NCBI GenBank assembly: GCA_043762265.1
Contig: JAYUMV010000239.1
Coordinates: forward strand, 2,142 to 66,141
Source of the DNA: Chthonomonadaceae bacterium
GTDB lineage: Bacteria > Armatimonadota > Chthonomonadetes > Chthonomonadales > Chthonomonadaceae
Length of the DNA stretch: 64,000 bases
Reading direction: 5' to 3'
Made by a program: the position numbers and the translations under genes. Shown here piece by piece: positions 1 through 9,701 of the stretch; position 1 is the first letter of the stretch, and every line of letters starts with the position of its first letter. The notes under the pieces are model-generated. The model saw only the letters and a list, made by a program, of their open reading frames with translations. It had not been told where the DNA came from and did not search any database.

Positions 1-19
1 CAAACCGGTTTTAATAGCA

Positions 20-51
20 CATCGGGCGTCCTAAGGTCAGGACGCCCGATG
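20..51. repeat. 13-bp perfect inverted repeat (stem-loop) CATCGGGCGTCCT-aaggtc-AGGACGCCCGATG
   Basis: Read directly from the sequence. No U-tract on either strand, so it is not called a terminator. On the minus strand it lies just 3' of the tRNA-like fragment. Confidence 0.6.
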
Positions 52-62
52 CGAAACGAAAA

Positions 63-117
63 TGCCCTCAGAGCGATTCGAACGCTCACTACACCCCGAA
101 ATCGCACAGGTATGGGC
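63..117 (-). other. tRNA-like 3' fragment (T-arm plus acceptor stem only)
   Basis: The minus strand reads GAGCG-TTCGAAT-CGCTC (canonical T-arm), then TGAGGGC-A. An imperfect 5' partner GCCCATA lies only 23 nt upstream of the T-arm, so D and anticodon arms are missing. Confidence 0.3.
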
Positions 118-360
118 GCGATGTTATCTCGTGAGCCTGTAGACCTCTGGATCGGCATACCGTTGTTGATGAGTTCCATGCCCTTAGTATGCCGGAAGGC
201 TTGTGGATGGAAGCGGTATAGTGATCTTTGATTCCTTGATCCGCTAATTCTTGAGGTTGGAATTAACGGATTAGACCGGCAAAGATCATATATAGTGTAT
301 GATGGCCCAAAGAACTTAGACACGAAAAGGGACGGAAATACGTTAGATCAATGTAACTAT

Positions 361-537
361 TCACCCGGCGCATTCCGGGTAGATGAGTTCTCCTCGGAAG
401 ACGTGCTCCAACGCTGACAAGATTTGCTTGCCTTGCTTTCGGATCGTGCAAATATAGGAACGGATCCGGCAGAATGCATCCGCTCCCTCCGTGCTTCGGA
501 AACATCCCGAGACTTTCTGACTGAGGACGGTGCATGG
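361..537 (-). mobile_element. IS66-family transposase C-terminal remnant (about the last 55 codons only)
   Basis: The translation ...QKVSGCFRSTEGADAFCRIRSYICTIRKQGKQILSALEHVFRGE... matches the conserved C-terminal block I recall from IS66-type transposases. No upstream transposase body is present. It abuts the truncated regulator gene. Confidence 0.5.
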
Positions 538-544
538 GATTATG

Positions 545-2305
545 AGCGTTTCCCAGCAACAGCCCCTGCTCTCGACATTTACCCAACGCCCTCTCGAAAT
601 ACCCGCAGGCCTTTTCATACCTGCCAGCCTCTGCATGCGCGGAGCCTACGTTGTTGAGCAGGTTTGTAACAAGGCGCTCGTCTCCCAACCGCTCAGCCAG
701 TCGCCGACTTTGCTCCGCCAGCGCGCAGGCGCGATCAAAGTCGGCTACCTCTATCGCCACCATCCCCAGGTTGTTCAGCGCACGGACCGCCGCCGCATCG
801 TCTCCCGCCTGCTCGGACTCTGTCAGCGCGTGCTCGAACGCCTCCTGAGCCTAAAGGTAATCCTTCAGCATCGCATGCAGAGACCCCAGTGCGTTCCAGG
901 CCGTCCTGCGCTCTGGAGTGGCCTCTCCATAATGCCGTTGAAGCGCATCCCGCAGCTAGTCGCGCCCCTCCGCCCAGCCACCTCGATTGCACCAGTAGTG
1001 CATTAGCGCGTTCAATAGCGCCAGTTCGAGCTTCTGCCCGGTCACCGAGCGCCGACACCAAGCGACAGCGGCACGCATATTCTCCCGATCAATGATCGCC
1101 ACCGGGTAAGAACGCGCACGGGCGATGAGAGCTGTGACCAGCCGTTCATATCCCGCTTCGACTTCGAAGGGACTAAGCTGCTCCAGCCCGAAATCGCGCA
1201 ACGTCTCCAACATGTAAAAATGAAGCGAGGTTCCTGTCGGATCCTCTTGCTCGCGCGCGAGCAGAAACGAGGCTTCCCGTAGGCGCTGAAGCCTCTCTGG
1301 CACCGTGCGAGCATCGTCGGCCATGACGGCCGCCGTCTCCAGTGTCCACTCCCCGCGCAGCAGGCACAGCCGGCAGAAAAACGCCTGCAATTCCGGCTCC
1401 AGCAGCCGGTAACTCCACGCGATACACGTCTCCAGCGCCTGATGCCGGAGCGCCATTCCCTTGCGCCGTGCCCGCAGCAGTTCGAAACGTCGATCAAGCC
1501 GCGCCAGCATCTGCGCTGGCGAGAGCGTCTGCGCCCAGCTCGCCGCCAGTTCCAGCGCGAGCGGCAGCCCTTCCAGCCGTCGGCACAAAGCCGCAACACT
1601 CGCCGCATTGCGCACCGTCAACTGAAAATCCGCACACGCCGCCTGCGCCCGATCGACAAACAACTGTACGCTCGCGATCTCCAGCAGACATTCCGGGCTG
1701 TCCATGTGTTCCGGTGTAGAGAGAGGCGGCAACAGAAGTTCGCGCTCGCCATCCAGATTCAGCCGCTGTCGGCTCGTGGTCAGAATAGTAAGACGCGGAA
1801 GGCGGTGCAGAAGATCAGCGACGATCTCCGCGCCCTCTTCGGCGATCTGTTCCATGTTGTCAAGCACCAGCAGGCTGGAGCTTCCCCCCAGCGTAGACGC
1901 GATCACGGCCATCGGCTCGCGATCGGCTGGAGGATTCGGGCAGACTGCTTCTGCGATCCTCTCTGCCATGCGTTCGGGGGTATGGGTATCGGCCAGCCCT
2001 ACAAAACAGACGAACCGATCTGCGCCAGCACAGTCCCGCGCGGCTTCGATCGCAAGACGCGTCTTACCTGAGCCCCCGACTCCCAGCAATGTCACAACAC
2101 GCGGTCGCCAGCGCCGATGTATCGGCAGGAACTCTTCGCGTGCTGTCACCGCCTCTGTGGGCGGCTTCAACATAGCGCACAGACGAGCGAGCTCCTCCTC
2201 CCGACAAAAAAACGGCGTCAGTGCGAGGGGAAGGCGTACAGCAGAGTGGGCAGGGAGGGGACAAGGCGATTGTTGCGCTACGCAAGCCGATGCAGCCTCG
2301 GACAA
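545..2305 (-). pseudogene. NB-ARC/TPR regulator paralogue, decayed (no BTAD domain, two in-frame TAG codons, 3' end replaced by the IS66 remnant)
   Basis: One reading frame is roughly 70 % identical (by eye) to residues about 295–840 of the 3916..6723 protein (GGSGKTRLAIE Walker A; 38 identical aa AALCRRLEGLPLALELAASWAQTLSPAQMLARLDRRFE). TAG at 956-958 aligns with W and TAG at 851-853 aligns with Q of the paralogue. Confidence 0.8.
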
Positions 2306-2518
2306 TCTAGGCTTTGCGCCATGCGTTTTAAGGGCACTCCAACCCGAAAATTCCTGATGAATGCCTGGGAAGCGCTATGTTCGACCGCTATCCCCCACGA
2401 TTTTCTCTTTATTTACGCATGTAATCGGATTTTCATTCCCGTGCTGCCGTCCCGCTCGGCCCCGGATCCATTTCCAATGTCGCCTCCTCGATTCCTATCT
2501 TCCCTTGGATCCCAGCTA

Positions 2519-2558
2519 TAAAAAATTCCCCGGTGGCCATCTCGTGGCGACCGGGGAA
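2519..2558 (-). terminator. Rho-independent terminator of the HAF/PEP-CTERM gene
   Basis: Minus strand: TTCCCCGGT-(15 nt loop)-ACCGGGGAA followed by TTTTTTAT, about 30 nt after the stop codon. Confidence 0.65.
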
Positions 2559-2589
2559 ATCATCTCGCGGACCTGCGCGACTGCGGCCC

Positions 2590-3762
2590 TTATTTTCGGC
2601 GCTTGCGTCGTACCGCGAAACCGATACCGGTCATGCTCATCCCCATCAGCAGGGCGACCGCGCCCGGCTCTGGTGTCGTCGCCACGGTCGCGTCCGGAAC
2701 CAGCAGGAAGGCACGTCTCTTACCAGCCGGATCGACACCGGTGCCGACGATATAGCCGTTGTCGGTAATGCCCGTCGCGTCCGTCAGCTGCCATCCCGTG
2801 CTGCTGGCGTCCAGGTAGTTGTTCAGATCGTACAGCGCGGTGTCGTAGTAGAAAGCCCGATTGGCGGACTGCCCGACCACATCTCCGAAATTGTCGATCG
2901 CGCGCCCCTGAGAGAAGAAGCCATCGAAGGAGCCGATGTTGGTCGCCGTACCGTCGATCAATCCGCCCACCGTGGTGCGAAAAGCGTGGCTGTACCCGGA
3001 CCCGTCGTCCGAATACCCCGTCACCTGGCCGAGATCGTTGATCGCATAGGCCGCGGAGGCGCCGCCCGCTCCCGCGAAGGTACCCAGATCCGAGCCGCTG
3101 TCGATAAGGCCTCCAGAGGTCGTGCGGAAGACATCCTGCTGAGCAGGGCTTCCGGACACAATGGAAAAGCCGACGATCTGATTGTTATTGTTGATGCCCT
3201 GTGCGGAGGAGTAGTCTCCGCTCAGCGCGCCCAGGTCCACCATCCCCCCATTGCTGTACCGGAAGCCGTGCTTCGTGAAGGTTCCATTCTTGTCCGAAGT
3301 ACCGGCGATGATTCCCGCCGCGTTGATTGCGTTGCCCTGAGACTGCAGACCTGTCGTCAGCGTCCCCAGATCGTGCATCGTTCCGTCGTAGAAGAACGCG
3401 TGGCGATAGTTCCCGGTTGCGTTTGCCCAGCCCGTGATCTGACCGAGGTCGTTTATCCCATATCCGATGGCGCCACGGCCGCCCAGAGTTCCGGTGTCAT
3501 GCATTGCGCCGTCGTAAAAGAACGACCGTGGATTCCCATCGTTGGGGATAAAGGAGAAACCCGTTACCTGTCCGCTCGAATTGACAGCCTCTGCTGTCGA
3601 GCCGCCGAAGACTCCCGAGCCACCCAGCGTGCCGAGGCCTATGGCCTGGTAGAGCGGTGGAGTCGCCAGAGCGGCTGGCGCCGCAGCCAGGGAGCCGGAG
3701 AAGAGGGCAAAAGTGAGGAGGAACCTGTGGCCGTGGAGGCTTCGATGGCGGTTGCGTACAAT
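2590..3762 (-). CDS. HAF-repeat extracellular protein with PEP-CTERM sorting signal (start codon unresolved)
   Basis: Repeated ..HAF(F/R)YDG.M.DLGTL..G.INDLGQ(I/V)TG.. units. C-terminus is TPEPGAVALLMGMSMTGIGFAVRRKRRK. The frame stays open upstream of the ATG at 3504 and encodes another repeat plus a signal peptide (RFLLTFALFSGSLAAAPAALA), with no in-frame ATG/GTG/TTG. Confidence 0.75.
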   Translation of the reverse strand: MVRNRHRSLHGHRFLLTFALFSGSLAAAPAALATPPLYQAIGLGTLGGSGVFGGSTAEAVNSSGQVTGFSFIPNDGNPRSFFYDGAMHDTGTLGGRGAIGYGINDLGQITGWANATGNYRHAFFYDGTMHDLGTLTTGLQSQGNAINAAGIIAGTSDKNGTFTKHGFRYSNGGMVDLGALSGDYSSAQGINNNNQIVGFSIVSGSPAQQDVFRTTSGGLIDSGSDLGTFAGAGGASAAYAINDLGQVTGYSDDGSGYSHAFRTTVGGLIDGTATNIGSFDGFFSQGRAIDNFGDVVGQSANRAFYYDTALYDLNNYLDASSTGWQLTDATGITDNGYIVGTGVDPAGKRRAFLLVPDATVATTPEPGAVALLMGMSMTGIGFAVRRKRRK

Positions 3763-3915
3763 GCGTATCGGGCGGCGTATAAGAATCAGACGGCAGCGAC
3801 GAGAATGGACAGTGCGAATATCGCAGATAGGCTCGCGTTGTGGTAAGGGAGAGGCTATTGCTCGTTGGTCTCCCGCAAATACGAAAATGGCGAATGGATA
3901 TAGGAAAAGGCTTCT

Positions 3916-6723
3916 ATGTTGGAAGAACCCTGGCGTGTGACCCTATGCGGCGGCTTATCCGCGCGCCAGGGCGCCCATAGCGTGTCGCGTTTTCGGACGC
4001 AGAAGACGGGACTTTTGCTGGCTTATTTGGCACTACATAGGGAGCGCACGCACGGGCGCGAGGAGTTGGCCGAGCTTTTCTGGCCCGAAAGCGCCGACTC
4101 GCTGCATAGTCTGAGGCTAGGCTTGGCCTCGCTGCGTCAGCAACTGGAGCCGCCGGGAGTGGGCAGGGGGCAGGTGTTGAGAGCGGATCGCAACCATGTC
4201 GGGCTGGTGTCCGGGACCGTGCGTACGGATGTGGCCGACTTTCACGCGGCAGTCGCGGAAGCGGCGCGCACGGTGGAGACGAAGCAGACGACGCAACGGC
4301 TCCGGGACGGCGTGGAGGCCATTTCGGGCGAACTGTTGCCGGGGAGCTATCTGGAGTGGGTGTTGCAGGCGCGTGAGATTCTGTCGGAGCAGTTGCAGAG
4401 CGCGCTCAAGGATCTGGTCGTGTTGCTGATTGCCCAGGAGGAGGCGGAGTCGGCGCTGCCGTTTGCGCTGCGACGGGTGCATCTAAACCCGCTGAACGAG
4501 GAGGCGCATCTGGCGGTGATGCAGTTGCTGCTGCGGTTGGAGCGCCCGGCCGACGTGCCACGGCAGTTCGAGCATCTGCGTGCGCTGTTAAAGGAGATCG
4601 GCATTGCGCCCTCCCTGCAGGCGCAAGAGTTGGCGGATGGCTGCCTCTCGTTTTCGGAGGATCCTGTTGTTTCGGTTCTTAGCTTCGGTGGATTGGGTGC
4701 GCGTCCGGTCGCCTCCCTGGTCGGCCCACTGCCGGCCACTCCCCCGTTCGCCCCTCCGCGTTTCCCTCCCGCGCCCTCCGTTTCAACCCGGCCTGCGGTT
4801 CGTCTGCCTCTGCCTCTTACCTCTTTCTTCGGGCGAGAGACGGAGTTAAGCCAAATACGCGCGTTGCTGGCGCCGCCTTCTGCCGCTAATGCGGATGGCG
4901 AAGAGCTTTTGTCAGGCGCGCAGCTCTGGCGCGCGCGTGTGCTGACCGTGCTTGGAACGGGAGGCTCGGGCAAGACACGACTGGCGATCGAGGTCGCACG
5001 CCTCTGCGCCGCCGACGCCGATAGGACGGTCTGCTTTGTAGAGTTGGTGGATGCGGACACCCCCGAACACATGCTGCAGGCGATTGCGGAGGCGGTCTGC
5101 CCGCATGCACCGGCCGATTGCCTGCCTTTGGAAGGGATTGTGAAGGCCCTTGGAGCAGGAGCGACTCTGTTGATCCTGGATAACATGGAGCAGCTCGTCG
5201 AAGAGGGCACGGAGGTCGTTGGGCGACTGCTGGAGCGGCTGCCGGACCTGACGATCCTGGTGACGAGCCGACTTCGCCTGAGCTTGGCTGGGGAACGCGA
5301 GTTTCCTCTGTTGCCGCTACCCACCCCTGAGCGCGCCGATGCGCCGGAGTGCCTGATGGAGTTTGCGAGCGTGCGGTTATTTGTGGACAGGGCGCAGGCG
5401 GCCCGCGCCGATTTTCAGTTGACCGCGCGGAACGCCGCCGCTGTGGCGGCGTTGTGCCGGCGGCTAGAAGGACTGCCTCTGGCGCTGGAGCTTGCGGCAA
5501 GTTGGGCGCAGACGCTCTCTCCGGCGCAGATGCTGGCGCGTCTGGATCGGCGGTTCGAGATGTTGCGCACGCGGCAGAGAGGCGTGGCCTCGCGGCATCA
5601 GGCGCTCGATGTGTGTATCGACTGGAGTTTTCGCTTATTGGATCCGGAGTTGCAGACTTTTTTCTGCAGGTTATGTCTGCTGCATGGGGAGTGGACCCTG
5701 GAGACGGCGGAGGCCGTCGTCGGGGAGAGAGATATTTTGGAGAAAGTGCAGCGGTTGCGGGATGCCTCTTTGCTGCTGGTGCGCGAGGCGCAAGACGCGG
5801 AGGGAACATCGCTGCGCTTTCACATGCTAGAGTCGTTACGCGAGTTCGGGCTGGAGCGATTGGAGCCGAAGGAGTGGGATACCGGACATGAGCGTCTAAC
5901 GCACTATTTTAGCGCCCTCTCCGGCCCAGACCCTTTTGCGACGGTCGATACCGAAAACGTGCGCGCAGTCGTCTCCTGGTGTCGCACTTCAGCGGTCGGG
6001 TATGCGCTGGAACTGGATCTGCTCAATGCGCTCATGCATTTCTGGGGCAATCGCGGTGGCTGGGTAGAAGGACGGGACTGGTTACAGGCGGCGCTGGAGC
6101 GCCATGCGGGGGAGGCCGTTCTTGCGCAGAGGAAGGCATGGAATACGCTCGGCTTTCTACATGCGATGCTGGGTGACGACGGCCAAGCCCGAGACTGTTT
6201 CGAACGCCTGCTGGCCGATTCGGAACGGGCGGAAGATCCGATGATGGCCGTGCGCGCCCTGAGCAACCTGGCGATTATTGCGATGAGAGCAGAAGACTTT
6301 TCACAGGGATGCGCGCTTATGGAGCAGAGTCTGTCTCAGGCGGAGAGACTCGGGGATGCGCGGATGATTGCCACGCAAAATTACAATTTGGGCGCAGCGT
6401 ACGTGGAACTGGGACACTATGAAGAGGCGCGCCGTTTGCTTGATCGGAGTCTGCTGCAGAGCCGTGAACAGAATTTTGCGGCTGGCGTCGCTCTCTGCCT
6501 CTGCAGCCTTGCTGAGGTGGCGCGAAAAGAGGGAGATAGCCTGGCAGCCCGGCAGATGCTTGAGGATAGTCTGGAGATATTTCGCTCTGTCGGCGAGCAG
6601 CCGCGTATCGCAGAGATGCTCGATCGCCTGGTAAAACTCTTGGAAGCTGAGGGGGATGTGCTCCAGGCACGTCTTTATGCCGAGGAGAGCGCTCTGCTGC
6701 AGACGCAACTGCGGGGTGAATGA
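3916..6723 (+). CDS. SARP/AfsR-like regulator: OmpR-type wHTH + BTAD + NB-ARC ATPase + TPR
   Basis: N-terminus WRVTLCGGLSARQG..VSRFRTQKTGLLLAYLA. BTAD-like helical region. Walker A GTGGSGKTRLAIE. C-terminal TPR units (NLAIIAMRAEDFSQG.., NLGAAYVELGHYEEA..). Confidence 0.9.
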   Translation: MLEEPWRVTLCGGLSARQGAHSVSRFRTQKTGLLLAYLALHRERTHGREELAELFWPESADSLHSLRLGLASLRQQLEPPGVGRGQVLRADRNHVGLVSGTVRTDVADFHAAVAEAARTVETKQTTQRLRDGVEAISGELLPGSYLEWVLQAREILSEQLQSALKDLVVLLIAQEEAESALPFALRRVHLNPLNEEAHLAVMQLLLRLERPADVPRQFEHLRALLKEIGIAPSLQAQELADGCLSFSEDPVVSVLSFGGLGARPVASLVGPLPATPPFAPPRFPPAPSVSTRPAVRLPLPLTSFFGRETELSQIRALLAPPSAANADGEELLSGAQLWRARVLTVLGTGGSGKTRLAIEVARLCAADADRTVCFVELVDADTPEHMLQAIAEAVCPHAPADCLPLEGIVKALGAGATLLILDNMEQLVEEGTEVVGRLLERLPDLTILVTSRLRLSLAGEREFPLLPLPTPERADAPECLMEFASVRLFVDRAQAARADFQLTARNAAAVAALCRRLEGLPLALELAASWAQTLSPAQMLARLDRRFEMLRTRQRGVASRHQALDVCIDWSFRLLDPELQTFFCRLCLLHGEWTLETAEAVVGERDILEKVQRLRDASLLLVREAQDAEGTSLRFHMLESLREFGLERLEPKEWDTGHERLTHYFSALSGPDPFATVDTENVRAVVSWCRTSAVGYALELDLLNALMHFWGNRGGWVEGRDWLQAALERHAGEAVLAQRKAWNTLGFLHAMLGDDGQARDCFERLLADSERAEDPMMAVRALSNLAIIAMRAEDFSQGCALMEQSLSQAERLGDARMIATQNYNLGAAYVELGHYEEARRLLDRSLLQSREQNFAAGVALCLCSLAEVARKEGDSLAARQMLEDSLEIFRSVGEQPRIAEMLDRLVKLLEAEGDVLQARLYAEESALLQTQLRGE

Positions 6724-6849
6724 AAAGGGAGCAGAGGGTTGGAGAAAGCGGCAATTGGAGGGATAGTTGTGACGCGACGGTTTCGGTGAGCCATTTTCGG
6801 GTTGTCTATACGGTGGAAACATCGGGGCTGCCGACACAGGCGCCGGGAA

Positions 6850-6902
6850 AGACGGTGCAGACGGACGCTTGAGACGCTGTTGAGACGATAGGTCACTATA
6901 AT
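6850..6902 (+). promoter_or_regulatory. Activator-type promoter: TTGAGACG x2 (11-nt register) - 9 nt - TATAAT, with two extra AGACGG copies upstream
   Basis: TTGAGACG at 6869-6876 and 6880-6887; TATAAT at 6897-6902. The hexamer 17 nt upstream (ACGCTG) is not -35-like. AGACGG at 6850 and 6859. Confidence 0.6.
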
Positions 6903-7039
6903 GGGTGTGTACGTGGGTGTTTCAGGCAGGCGGGCGCAGGGAGAACTGCCGGCACTATGTCTCTCCGTGCGCCGCGCGCCTGTTTGCGAACCCCTCGCTG
7001 CAATGACTTTCATTTCTGTTCTGGAAAGGGACAACACCC

Positions 7040-7762
7040 ATGTTCACGACACGCTCTTCTTCTCGCCGCGCCCTCTCGGCGTCGGCAAGCCTCCTGCTCC
7101 TCGGCGGCGCCCTGGTCTGCTCTGCACCGCAGGCCCATGCCGATCAGTACCTGGTCGGTGCCCTGCTGTTCGCCGCAGATTTTACAGGTGCGACCACCGC
7201 CTCCACTTCCTATCAGTACGATACGAATACTGGGAACGGGGCAAATACAACCGCGCTCAACTTCACTTTCAATGGGACGACCTTCGGCAAAGGCATCTCT
7301 CTTCTGCTGCCCAGCGGCAACAGTACCTTGTCGTTCGTTGAGAACGTGGTGACTCCAATCTCGCAGTTCAACGGAACCGCAGGAGATCTGGGGCTGTTCT
7401 TCTCCTCGACCAACACGCCGTACAACCCGGCCGCTGGGGCTCGAACGCCCGATCTGCTGGTATCCCGCGCTACGAATGGGTCCACGGCGTTCTTCTTCCC
7501 CACAGCGGGAACCTCGATCAACGACTATGTCTTTCCCGGCAATCGCGCTTACAGCGGAGCGACCAGCGCGACGCCGGGCTCACTTCCGATCACGGTGACA
7601 AGTTATAGTGTCGATAATAATGGGAGCGGCTCCGTGACTTTACGGGTGGGTGCTGCGGGAGCGGCCACGCCGGAGCCCGGCAGTATCGCCCTGCTTGTCG
7701 GAATGGGACTGACCGGCGGCGCCGTCGCACGACGCCGACGCAGAACCACGCTCGGCAGCTAA
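7040..7762 (+). CDS. Secreted PEP-CTERM protein, S/T/N/G-rich, function unknown
   Basis: Signal peptide MFTTRSSSRRALSASASLLLLGGALVCSAPQAHA. C-terminal TPEPGSIALLVGMGLTGGAVARRRRR. Confidence 0.85.
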   Translation: MFTTRSSSRRALSASASLLLLGGALVCSAPQAHADQYLVGALLFAADFTGATTASTSYQYDTNTGNGANTTALNFTFNGTTFGKGISLLLPSGNSTLSFVENVVTPISQFNGTAGDLGLFFSSTNTPYNPAAGARTPDLLVSRATNGSTAFFFPTAGTSINDYVFPGNRAYSGATSATPGSLPITVTSYSVDNNGSGSVTLRVGAAGAATPEPGSIALLVGMGLTGGAVARRRRRTTLGS

Positions 7763-7807
7763 ACCCGGGTTGATTCTGCTCTCCCTGCTTAACCTCGCTG
7801 TGCAGCC

Positions 7808-7849
7808 TTCCCCGTCCGCGCCTCTGTTGCGGACGGGGAATTTTGTTTG
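7808..7849 (+). terminator. Rho-independent terminator
   Basis: TTCCCCGTCCGC-(9 nt)-GCGGACGGGGAA followed by TTTTGTTTG. Confidence 0.8.
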
Positions 7850-8006
7850 TTGTGCGGAGAGGTAGAGCAGGAAGGAGAGGGAAGCATCGGAGCGTTAGGG
7901 CAGAGAAACGATGCGCCTGTCCGGTCTCAACCATTATTGAAGAGGAGTTTGCTGCCCGCTTCCCGAACTGTCCGGCAGTTGATTGGATAGAGAGGAGACG
8001 GCGGCA

Positions 8007-9701
8007 ATGGCCCTATTTGAGCGAGGTACGGCAATTGAGCAGTCGATTTTGGAGGCGCTGGCGGAGACTCCGGGGAAGATGCGACCGATCATGGAGCGCT
8101 ACGAGGCCGACCGACATAGCCTGGAACGAAAATATCCGTTGATGTTGTCGGTCGTGCGCCGAGAGCGGATGAATCGTTTTTTTGCAGGTTGGCGGGCCGC
8201 GCTGGAAACCCTGGACTTTGCGTCCTTCGCGCACGACGATCAGATCGACTTTTTGCTGTTTGACAATCACCTGCGGCATCAGTTGCGGCGACTGGCGATC
8301 GAAGCCGCACGCGCGGAAGAGACCGCGCAGCTGGTTCCGTTTCAAGCGAGTCTGCTAGGCCTCGAAGAGCAGCGCCTGCGCATGGAATGGGTTCAGCCGG
8401 AAGCGGTGGCGACGCTCCTCGACAAAACCGAGAAGCAGATTCGGCTGCAACAGCAAGCGCTCCACGACGACCCGCAGGCGAAGACTACCTGGAAAACAAC
8501 GGTTGCCAATCGCGCCGCCGATGCCGTTGAAACGCTGCGCAACGCCCTGAAGCGCTGGAATAAGTTTTATAACGGATACGATCCGCTCTTTACCTGGTGG
8601 GTAACGGAACCGTACCGTGCCGTGGATGCGGCGCTGGAAGAGTACGCCGGATTCTTGAGAGAGCATCTGGTGAGAGGCGAGAAGGGCGCGATCGTCGGGG
8701 ATCCGTTGGGGCGCGCTGCGCTGACTGCCGAACTCGCGTTTGAGATGATCCCCTATACGCCGGAAGAGTTGATCGCGATCGGAGAGAAAGAGTTCGCCTG
8801 GTGCGAATCGGAGATCCAGCGTGTGGCGGCGGAGTTAGGACTGCCGGACCATCATGCCGCACTGGAGCATATCAAATCGCAGCACCGTGCGCCGGGAGAG
8901 CAGCCCGAGATGATCCGAGCGATGGCGGAGGAGGCGGTGGAGTTTCTGCACGCTCATGACCTCGTCACGATACCGCCATTGGCCGAGGAGACCTGGCGCA
9001 TGGAGATGATGACGCCTGAAGCGCAGTTGGTCAACCCGTTTTTCCTGGGTGGCGAACTGATTCAGGTCTCCTTCCCGACCCATACTATGACGCATACGCA
9101 GAAACAGATGAGCCTGCGCGGCAACAACCCGCATTTTGCCCGCGCCACGGTACAACACGAACTCATACCCGGACATCACCTACAGATGTTCATGCTGACG
9201 CGGTACCGCCCCTATCGCCGCACCGTGGGCACCTCCTTCTGGATCGAAGGCTGGGCGCTCTACTGGGAGATGCGCCTCTGGGATCTGGGATTCCCGCTGA
9301 CGCCCGAGAATCGCCTGGGAATGCTGTTCTGGCGCTCCCACCGAGCCGCCCGTATCGTCTTCTCGCTCAAATTTCACCTCGAACAGATGACCGCTCCCGA
9401 GTGTGTCGCCATGCTGATCGAACGCGTCGGCCATGAGCCTGCGAATGCAGAGGCCGAAGTGCGACGCTCGTTCAAAGGCGATTACGGCCCCCTCTACCAG
9501 GCCGCTTACATGCTCGGAGGACTTCAGATGAGGGCGCTGCACCGGGAGTTGGTGGAAGAAGGTTCCCTGACGGAGCGCGCTTTTCACGATGCCATTCTGC
9601 GCGAAAACAGCCTCCCGATCGAGATGCTCCGCGCTGCCCTAACCCTGCAGCCTCTGACCCGTGATTTCGTCTCGTCCTGGCGATTCTACGGGGAAGAATG
9701 A
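8007..9701 (+). CDS. DUF885-family protein (putative metallopeptidase-like)
   Basis: Motif HELIPGHHLQ is typical of DUF885. The ATG at 8007 has a GAGGAGA Shine-Dalgarno; the ORF-track start at 7983 is TTG. Confidence 0.8.
   Translation: MALFERGTAIEQSILEALAETPGKMRPIMERYEADRHSLERKYPLMLSVVRRERMNRFFAGWRAALETLDFASFAHDDQIDFLLFDNHLRHQLRRLAIEAARAEETAQLVPFQASLLGLEEQRLRMEWVQPEAVATLLDKTEKQIRLQQQALHDDPQAKTTWKTTVANRAADAVETLRNALKRWNKFYNGYDPLFTWWVTEPYRAVDAALEEYAGFLREHLVRGEKGAIVGDPLGRAALTAELAFEMIPYTPEELIAIGEKEFAWCESEIQRVAAELGLPDHHAALEHIKSQHRAPGEQPEMIRAMAEEAVEFLHAHDLVTIPPLAEETWRMEMMTPEAQLVNPFFLGGELIQVSFPTHTMTHTQKQMSLRGNNPHFARATVQHELIPGHHLQMFMLTRYRPYRRTVGTSFWIEGWALYWEMRLWDLGFPLTPENRLGMLFWRSHRAARIVFSLKFHLEQMTAPECVAMLIERVGHEPANAEAEVRRSFKGDYGPLYQAAYMLGGLQMRALHRELVEEGSLTERAFHDAILRENSLPIEMLRAALTLQPLTRDFVSSWRFYGEE

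Noticed and set aside
63-117. An intact tRNA gene
   Set aside because: Only a T-arm and an acceptor stem can be formed, and the 23 nt between them cannot hold D and anticodon arms.
851-958. Programmed amber read-through or pyrrolysine recoding of the two in-frame TAG codons
   Set aside because: Both are single transitions from the W and Q codons of the paralogue. The gene also lacks its DNA-binding domain and is truncated by IS debris, so plain pseudogenisation is the simpler explanation.
2533-3846. 437-aa plus-strand ORF
   Set aside because: It is exactly antisense to the HAF-repeat/PEP-CTERM gene, has an R/A/G-rich composition typical of antisense frames in GC-rich DNA, and shows no motif.
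6850-6902. CRISPR-like arrays among the various direct repeats (also 21222-21272, 27969-28014, 31449-31467)
   Set aside because: The repeats are only 8–10 nt long, occur in 2–4 copies and lie in promoter-proximal positions. No 25–40-nt repeat/spacer periodicity is seen anywhere in the window.
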